DNA of 64,000 bases from Octopus vulgaris (lineage: Eukaryota), in NCBI GenBank assembly GCA_951406725.2, contig OX597815.1, positions 132,556,001 through 132,620,000 of the forward strand, written 5' to 3'. Both the position numbers and the translations under genes were made by a program. Below are positions 55,703-64,000 of the stretch, piece by piece. The notes beneath the pieces were generated by a model, which was given only the letters and a program-made list of their open reading frames with translations, was not told the DNA's origin and made no database searches. The first letter of the stretch is position 1. The number at the start of each line of letters is the position of its first letter.

Positions 55703-56073
55703 TCGCTTTTCATTGTTGTTGAGCTGGAAGAAAAAAAGCAAATAAGGATTCCTGCGTAGTATAAGAATTGATATGAAACATTTCTTTTAATTTTAATGTA
55801 TAAACATATTGCACTCGCGACTACAATATAGTCATGGCTATATTTGTAAGGATTCTTCCAGGATCGCATGTTTTCTGGAATATTTGAGTAGGCAACGTTC
55901 AATAATGCACTGAACATATAACAAGCTCTTTTCAGATTCCTATTTGTAAATTTGATATTACGAACAGAAAAATACTAAATCGAAATAATAGCGGTAAACA
56001 TGTCAACTGACAACACGGTTCGTTTTTATTTCTCTACCTGCTATATATCATAATTACAAAAATAAATGGTTCG

Positions 56074-56148
<75 letters not shown>

Positions 56149-56390
56149 ATTGATTTATATTCATTTAGGCTATATATATGTATTTATCTATTCAGAAAAA
56201 TTGTAAGTATTAATATCACAACATTCATAACTCATAAGTCTCGTTTTCTAATAATTAGCGTATTACACCACTGTTAGAGCTAATTACATATATGAGTATA
56301 AACTCACCTTCATATCTACTTGAATTTGTATGTGTGTGTATATATATATTTATATATATATATGTATACAAACATATATATATATATATG

Positions 56391-56455
<65 letters not shown>

Positions 56456-56875
56456 GAACTTACACACATACACACTCACACTTACACGCTAACACACACA
56501 TACACACACACATATATCTATATATATACATGCAAAGAGGTCCGACATAGTCAACCACATATATTACTTTAACCTCATTTTTGAACGGAATAATTTACAC
56601 GAAATATTGCTATAACCAGTGGAGCACAGAAAAATTGTAACTAATATTAATGCTGTTCGTATACATTCGGTATTGTTATTTATTTAAAATGCTACTCCTT
56701 GGAATATTTCCGCACATTGGTTTTAACGGTAAGGCAGATGGAGTTTCCAATCCATTATAAGTATGAAAATGTGGAAAACTAGGCACTGGAGTGGAATGTT
56801 GCGTATGAATACCCTGAGGAACTACACTATGTGTGGGCGCGTGTGTGTTTATGTGTGTTGTTATGTATATATACA

Positions 56876-56915
<40 letters not shown>

Positions 56916-57961
56916 CGTATGCATATCTGTATGTAGTTTATGTATGTATGTAATCTACACGCACAATTATGCACATAGGTTCAAAACAAGGTGGGAGAAA
57001 CAGCACTCGAATACCTAGGTTAGAGCAAAATACTATTTAATTCATCGTCATCCGGTGTCTTAAATCCGGGTTTTGTCCCCGTTAACGGGCGTGGCCAGAT
57101 CTACCTCAATGCCATAGCAACGGGGAGCATGCCCTTGCTTACTTCCAAACTCAGTTTCTAAACATGAGTGGTCCCGAGATCAAAGCCTCTTCCACGACTT
57201 TTAAGAAATGTGTTTGAAATCTAGCTCAGGAAAGCAGGGACGCTACTCACTGAGACCCCTTCCGGAGTTACCTTACAAAAACTTCACAAATTGGTACTCA
57301 GCTATTCATTTAATACAGATAATGCAATTCTATATCTTGTGACTATATACGTTTTGTAGCCCACTGGCAGACATGCATGCATCGTTATTTTTTTAAAATC
57401 TGTAACCCAGTAAGAATTAAATACTAATTCGTTCAACTAGTATCTACAAAAATTTATCTAAACTCACCACTAATAGAATTTCACTATTCTGTATTATCGA
57501 AACTGTCACACAAACGATCACATAATTACGTATATCGAAAAGTTGAGTTAATATGGCTACTAAAATGATAAGAAGGTGATTGAGTTATGAAACCAGGCAA
57601 CGCAAACAGAGAATAAACAATATCTAAATTTTACGGAAAATCACTAGAATTTTAATAAAATACAAATAAGTGCAAAGAGAATTTAAACATATTGCGAAGT
57701 TATAATAACTCACTTCGAATGTGATGAGAGATATTTTGCTATAAATCATAAATTATAAAATGTCCTAAAAATAAAAGTTATCTTCGAGTGGAAGCCCCGC
57801 ATTTACACTTTGAACACAAAGTGGGGGAAAGAGTTCCACTCATATTAAGAACACTATCTTTTTAAGAATCAACACATGGAATAAACTTAGATCCAGATAC
57901 GCACACACACATAAATTCATTTGGAAGCATACATACATACACACACATCCATATATGTTCG

Positions 57962-58059
<98 letters not shown>

Positions 58060-59061
58060 AATATATATATATCCCTTTGAGTCTGTTTCCAAAAGAGTAT
58101 ATATTAAAATAATTTTGCCAAGATGTTTTTAACAATTAAGACTGCAAATATGAAGATGAAGTCAAAAAATATATTATAAAATTGATGGTTTTGAGGACTA
58201 TCCTTCTCTCACCACACTCCTATTTATTTTGCCGTAGTATTTCTTTCAAATGCAAAATTGTGAATAAAATTTTCAGAAGTTCATTTTCGAGTGTGTACGT
58301 TACAAATATGATGATCAATTGCAGAGATTAGGAGAAATTGCAGATTGTTCTCCCGTTACATCTCCGACTTTGCTTTCATCAATTTCCGCACCTTCAGTAG
58401 TTTTCACTCTTTATATCGCCAGAATTACGTAATCAACACCCTCAAACGACTACTTTTATAAAATATGATATAAAAATATGAATTTCAAAGATAGTTTTGT
58501 AGAAAGATGATGAAGATCCTTAATAGATTTTTTGTAAGTAGTAGTGACATTATCGAAATCTACATTCTTGAAAATATATCTCTGCAAAATTTGATACAAA
58601 ATATGCGTTTTTATAGAATTATGAAGAGAGCGCTATTTATGTATACCAATAAATCCTTATCCATATACAAGATACGAAACACTACCATCCCGAAGAAATC
58701 AGTTAAAACATTATGATATGAAAAAGTGCAAAATCACGGCATTGCTCCATCATGACCGCAACCGCATGGTTGAAACAAACATATATGTATGTCATTGTTC
58801 AGCTTTATTTCAAGATTTCTTGCCAACAGTGAAAGAACTGGTTTCTAACCTAGACTCAAGGCTCCTTCATTAGAATTTCAACAGGGTATTTTTGTATGCT
58901 GGTTTGTGTGCATGTCTGTCTGTCTGTCTGTATGTATGTATGTATGTATGTATGTCTGTCTGTATGTATGTATGTATGTATGTATGTATGTATGTATGTA
59001 TGTACGTATGTGTATGTGTATATGTACGTATGCGTGTATGAATGTGTGTATGTATATATGC

Positions 59062-59216
59062 AGATTTGTATGTTTTGTTTTATGTAGGTATTCTCATGCA
59101 TATAGTTGCATATCTAGACATGCTCATATATATTTAAATGATAAATTTCTGGAACGTTTTACAAATCTTTACAATTTTAGTGATGGACTGGATCTGTAGT
59201 CTTGGAATTAGCTATA

Positions 59217-59252
<36 letters not shown>

Positions 59253-59495
59253 TGTATGTATGTATGTATGTATGTATGTATGTATGTATGCATGTATGTA
59301 TTTATGTATGTATGTGTGTATGTATGTATGTATGTATATGTGTAGATTTGCATGTTTTGCTTTATGTAGGTATTAACATGCATATAGTTGAATATCCAGA
59401 CATGCTCATATATATTTAAACGATAAACTTCTGGAAATTTTTACAGCTCTTTACAGTTCCAGCGATGGATTGGATCTGTAGTCTTCGAATTAGCT
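59062..59495. repeat. Tandem duplication of a ~152-bp unit (59062-59213, 59344-59495) spaced by (TATG)n
   Basis: Both read agatttg.atgttttg.tttatgtaggtatt..catgcatatagttg..gacatgctcatatatatttaaa.gataaa..ggatctgtagtctt.gaattagct. Confidence 0.9.
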
Positions 59496-60200
59496 GTATG
59501 TATGTATGTACCTATGTATGTAATGTATATACATATACATATATAAGCGTGCACCTGTTATATTTCTGTTTACCAGTCACAGCATTATTTTTGAACAGAA
59601 GATTGACTCTGCAATAGTCATTGAGGGCTAAAAGAAGACGGGGATGAAAAATCTACTCAGGATCGGCTAAATTACATTTGGTGCCATTTCACCTGGCACA
59701 GGAGTAGTCAAGATAGTCTCTGATTAGTGTTTCAAAATCCTTGATGAAATACCACATCATTTATAAGGTTTGGCGTGTGACTGTTGAGCCTTTCGTTTCT
59801 TCTGCCTTTGTAACAGGTTCTATATTTCTTTATTCTCTTATTGCAAGTGAGATCGTTCAACCACCCTGAAGTTACCAAGATAAGGTCTTAGACTAGTGAT
59901 GTCGGCTTAGTTGACGACAGGCAGATATACGAAACGCAGAAACAGACACACACACACACACGCATAAATTCATATACATATATTCATATACACACATGTA
60001 CACACACATACACGCACGCACAGACACACAAACACACACATACACACACACACATGCACATACACCAACACACGCACACACACATATATACATAAATAAT
60101 ATGGGATGCCCGTTAGGAATTCAAAACTAAAGGCGGCAGTGCTCCATTACGGCTTCAGTCAAATGAATGAAACAAGTAAAAGAGTAAAAGAATATATCAT

Positions 60201-60266
<66 letters not shown>

Positions 60267-60331
60267 TGCACATATCTATATGTAGATATAGACATAGCTA
60301 GACACTATATATTATATTTATAAAATATACA

Positions 60332-60367
<36 letters not shown>

Positions 60368-61682
60368 AGCGTACACATATATTCATACGTTTGTATGTAT
60401 ATATCCATAAAGATCCCATGGTGGAGCCATTCATTGGCCATCTCTTTACTATATTTAGTTCATTTTCTGCTCACTTTACTTACTTCCATTTATATCCGAA
60501 ATATTAAACATAACTATTTTAGTACACTATCTAGTTATTAGGTTACCTTTTCATACCATTCATATCTAAATAGTAGAGTATTCACTATCTTAGAGTACAT
60601 TTGTGACTTGTTTCTATGTGAGAATATTCATTATGAAATGTTTTTTTTCTTAGTGATAACTTTTACTCCTGATATATTACAAGGTATGCAAGATTCATTC
60701 TTCCTGATTTGAAACTATCTTATATTAACTGACACCACATGACTCGACATATTCATTCTTCAATTTTCATGAAGTAAAGTGGATAAGAGAACTTACCATT
60801 AACTCACACCAATCATTCCGCTGCTGTTGTAAATACAACATAGCATTTCATTAGATTCATTATTTTAGAAACAGTAGAACATTTCATAAAGCTACTCCAA
60901 CAAAATGAATCTCTCTAACTTTATTTTTGAGAATCAAAAGATTGACTAGTCTTATATTTGTTCTCCGTAAAGCATATTCAATCGAAAAGAAACATTTGAA
61001 ATATAAAATGCTATCTGCTGGTCAATATTATTGCTTTCCTATTTAGCTGGTCAATACGGTTTTTGTGGAAAATTTATCCAAGCAGAAATTGTATAAGAGA
61101 GCGATGTCCAACGTCAATATCTTTTCACTAGAATTTCTTTCTTTGTTTCTCATTTATTTCTATAGAACAGAATTATTTCAACGTAAGCTTTCAAATGTAA
61201 CGTTGTAATTATATCACTAACTAATCAACTCTAAATATAATGCAATTTATGTGCTGCTATCTATGTTAAATGGTGTCTTTGTCCAAAACCATATTGCCTC
61301 TCTGTCATGTTACAGTCAAGATGACAAAAGAATCACAGCGGCATATTGATGACAGACAGTTCAAAGTGAAAAGTTTTTAGAACACATCCACGAAAGTAGG
61401 ATTAAAATGAATTAACTAAAACCAAAGTTATGTTTGTTGTTGATCTGAAACTCATAATCCGATATAAACATTAGAGACTGACTGTTCATTTTTATTCAGT
61501 CTTAGTTCATATTTCAAAGGTAGGGTGTAGCTTGATGGAATTCTAATTTTATTACATAATAAATTTGAGTTTTCATGCCTTACTCAGGCAGAGATTTAGG
61601 AATCTCTTTGATATAATGTAATCTTAACTGATCCTAAATACGTAAATACATATTTCATTGATAAACATGAATTAAAGTTTCA

Positions 61683-61744
<62 letters not shown>

Positions 61745-62357
61745 TCCTGCTTAATTAATGCATTGTAGATGTTGTAGACAAATCGCTATAGCTGGAATTT
61801 ATACTTTCCATTCACTTTTGTAGAATTATGGAAAGGTTGTAATGTTTCCATTTTGACAACAGCAAATTCTGTCACTCGTTAGAAATATTATTTTAGCTTA
61901 ATTGCAGACTATTTTCGATTTCTGATAGTAGCTTTTCTCATCTCAACTACGTGGCTGACACCTTTAGAAAAGACGCAGATGTTTTCTTTTGCGTTCTCTT
62001 TCAATGCGACAACGATATCATACACAAAATAGATCAATTGACACAATGTGTTCATCAAAATGCTTAAGAAATTCTCAAATTACATACTCAATACGTGGTT
62101 ATAAGCATAAGAATAACATTCTTCCTATTTCGTTATGTTATTGTTTTCTTTCTCGTACGCATATTCACCTAAAAATCAGCAAATGTTAAAGACAACCACT
62201 GAGGAATCACTTGTTTGTCATTTAAAGATGGCGAGTTCGAATTTCTTAAATAAATATTTTATACGTAAATTGCATCATTACTTAGACAAATGTATGCAAA
62301 TTTGAACAGATTTGCTTTTTCTAGCTGTGTCGGCTGTGAACTGCATAAAATATGATA

Positions 62358-62537
62358 TTTGACTGCGGGCATGCTGGAGCACCGCTTTTAGTCGAACAAA
62401 TCGACTCCAAGACTTATTCTTTGTAAAGCTAGTACTTATTCTATCGGTCTCTTTTGACGAACCGCTAGGTTAAGGGGATGTAAACATACCAACATCGATT
62501 GTCATGTGATGGTGGGGGAACAAACACAGACACATTA

Positions 62538-62591
<54 letters not shown>

Positions 62592-62754
62592 GACAGTTTT
62601 TTTTCAGTTTCCGTCTACCAAATCTTCTCACATGACTTTGGTTGGACCTAGGCTATAGCAGTAGACATTTGCTTAAGGTACCATGCAGTGGATCTGAACC
62701 CGGAACAATGTGGTTGGGAAGCAAGCTTCTTACCACACAGCCACTTCTGCGCCT
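62358..62754 (-). mobile_element. SINE family A copy
   Basis: Colinear with 1305-1713, including the internal (TA)n and tRNA-like head. Confidence 0.85.
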
Positions 62755-63199
62755 AGAAATATCTAAATTCAAAGGATTACTTCGATTCTATTTTGACGTC
62801 GAATATTGATCTTCAGCAATTAATTATCTCTTAGCAACTTGTCCTACAGAATTTCTAATTGTTGATATCTTGTTATTTATTCCAGTATTTGGGGTCCTAA
62901 ATACTTTCTTTTAATGTCGCAAGTTGAATTGTTGCAAATATAAACCATTTTTAATGGCATAAATCGAAGTAGATAAAGCTATAAATAGTAGCTTGTAGAA
63001 TATTGGGGGGAAATATCCTTTGACTTATTTTCCAATTGAAGATTTATATCCCAGTATTCTACACACTAGCATTTATAGTTTTATCTACTTTAAGTTCTAC
63101 CGTTAAAATGAGTTGTTCCATATCGGTCAAACTTTCTGCATCCTTATTGTGTGAACAACATTGTAGACATGGTTGAAATATATAAATATTTATTTCTTT

Positions 63200-63620
63200 A
63201 TTGCACACAAGGGGACAAACAAGGACAGACAAAAGGATTAAGTCTATTTCATCGACCCCAGTGCTTAACTGGTACTTATTTAATCGATCCCGAAAGGATG
63301 AATGGTACAGTCGACCTCGGCGGAATTTGAACTCAGAACGTAACAGCAAACGAAATGCCGCTGAGCATTTCGCCCGTAGTGCTAACAAATATATAAATAT
63401 TAATAAGAATTTATTCTTTTGTACTCTAACCACAAGGACCGAAATATTTGAGGAGGGTGCTAATCGAATAGATCGATTCCAGTATGCAACTGGTACTTAA
63501 TTTTTCGACCCCGAAAGTATGAAAGGCAAAGTTGACCTCAGAACGTAACGGCAGATGAAATACCTCTAAGCATTTCTTTCGGCGTGTTAACAAATACATT
63601 AAATTAATAAGAATTTATTC
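63200..63620 (-). mobile_element. Two tandem SINE family B copies
   Basis: 63200-63390 and 63430-63592, each with actggtactt..tt..tcga.cccgaaag.atgaa.gg.a.agt.gacctc. Confidence 0.8.
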
Positions 63621-64000
63621 GCCCGCATTGTCAGACACTCGAAAGTTGAACCAACTCACTTACTGTATTTAGTTTAGCATGACGAGATGCCGAGTTCAAA
63701 TTCAGCCGTTTGGGTTTTACCCCTCATCCTTCACCATTTAATACATTGTTTACTTTAATGAAACCCTCTACTTCAGTATATTTGAAACAAATTTAGATGA
63801 TATACTATCTTCGTTGTTAATGTTGAAATGTTATTTATTTGAATGACTTGTAGGGATCTTGACCTTCTGACATTGACTTCCAGCACTTATGTTATGTACT
63901 CCTGTGAGTGGGTGTATGCGCGCGTGCTTGTGTGTGTGTGTGTGTTTCAATATATAAATGCTTGTTACCACATATAACAGAAACTGTTTTTTCTTTCAGG

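Overview
AT-rich, microsatellite-saturated animal genomic DNA, probably cephalopod (Octopus-like). That assignment is an inference from the repeat landscape of tRNA-derived SINEs, R4/Dong-type LINE debris and (TA)n/(TAA)n/(CA)n arrays. Almost every ORF in the supplied track is translated microsatellite or transposon decay. Reading splice sites by eye reveals a probable 4-coding-exon gene on the + strand spread over about 32 kb (6335-6413, 25850-25901, 33741-33809, 38638-38674). The exons join in phase to a 78-aa prepropeptide: MESKTILSGLSLLSALLIVCLAGAVYA-EFSEDDDISEETAVD-KR-WARLSSNPWYTY-RR-NTFGDLL-KR-WGWAGRSSHPW*. It has a signal peptide, an acidic spacer, dibasic cleavage sites and two related Trp-flanked peptides (W-A-x-x-S-S-x-P-W) that I cannot assign to a known family. 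Other content: an ~11 kb nest of R4/Dong LINE fragments sitting in (TAA)n tracts (40.4-51.8 kb), an internally deleted DD37D (maT-type) Tc1/mariner element, small elements with minimal hammerhead-ribozyme motifs (one also with a tRNA-like promoter, inverted repeats and a 14-bp TSD), several SINE families, and weak hints of a second + strand transcription unit starting near 54.5 kb. Transposon boundaries are approximate.
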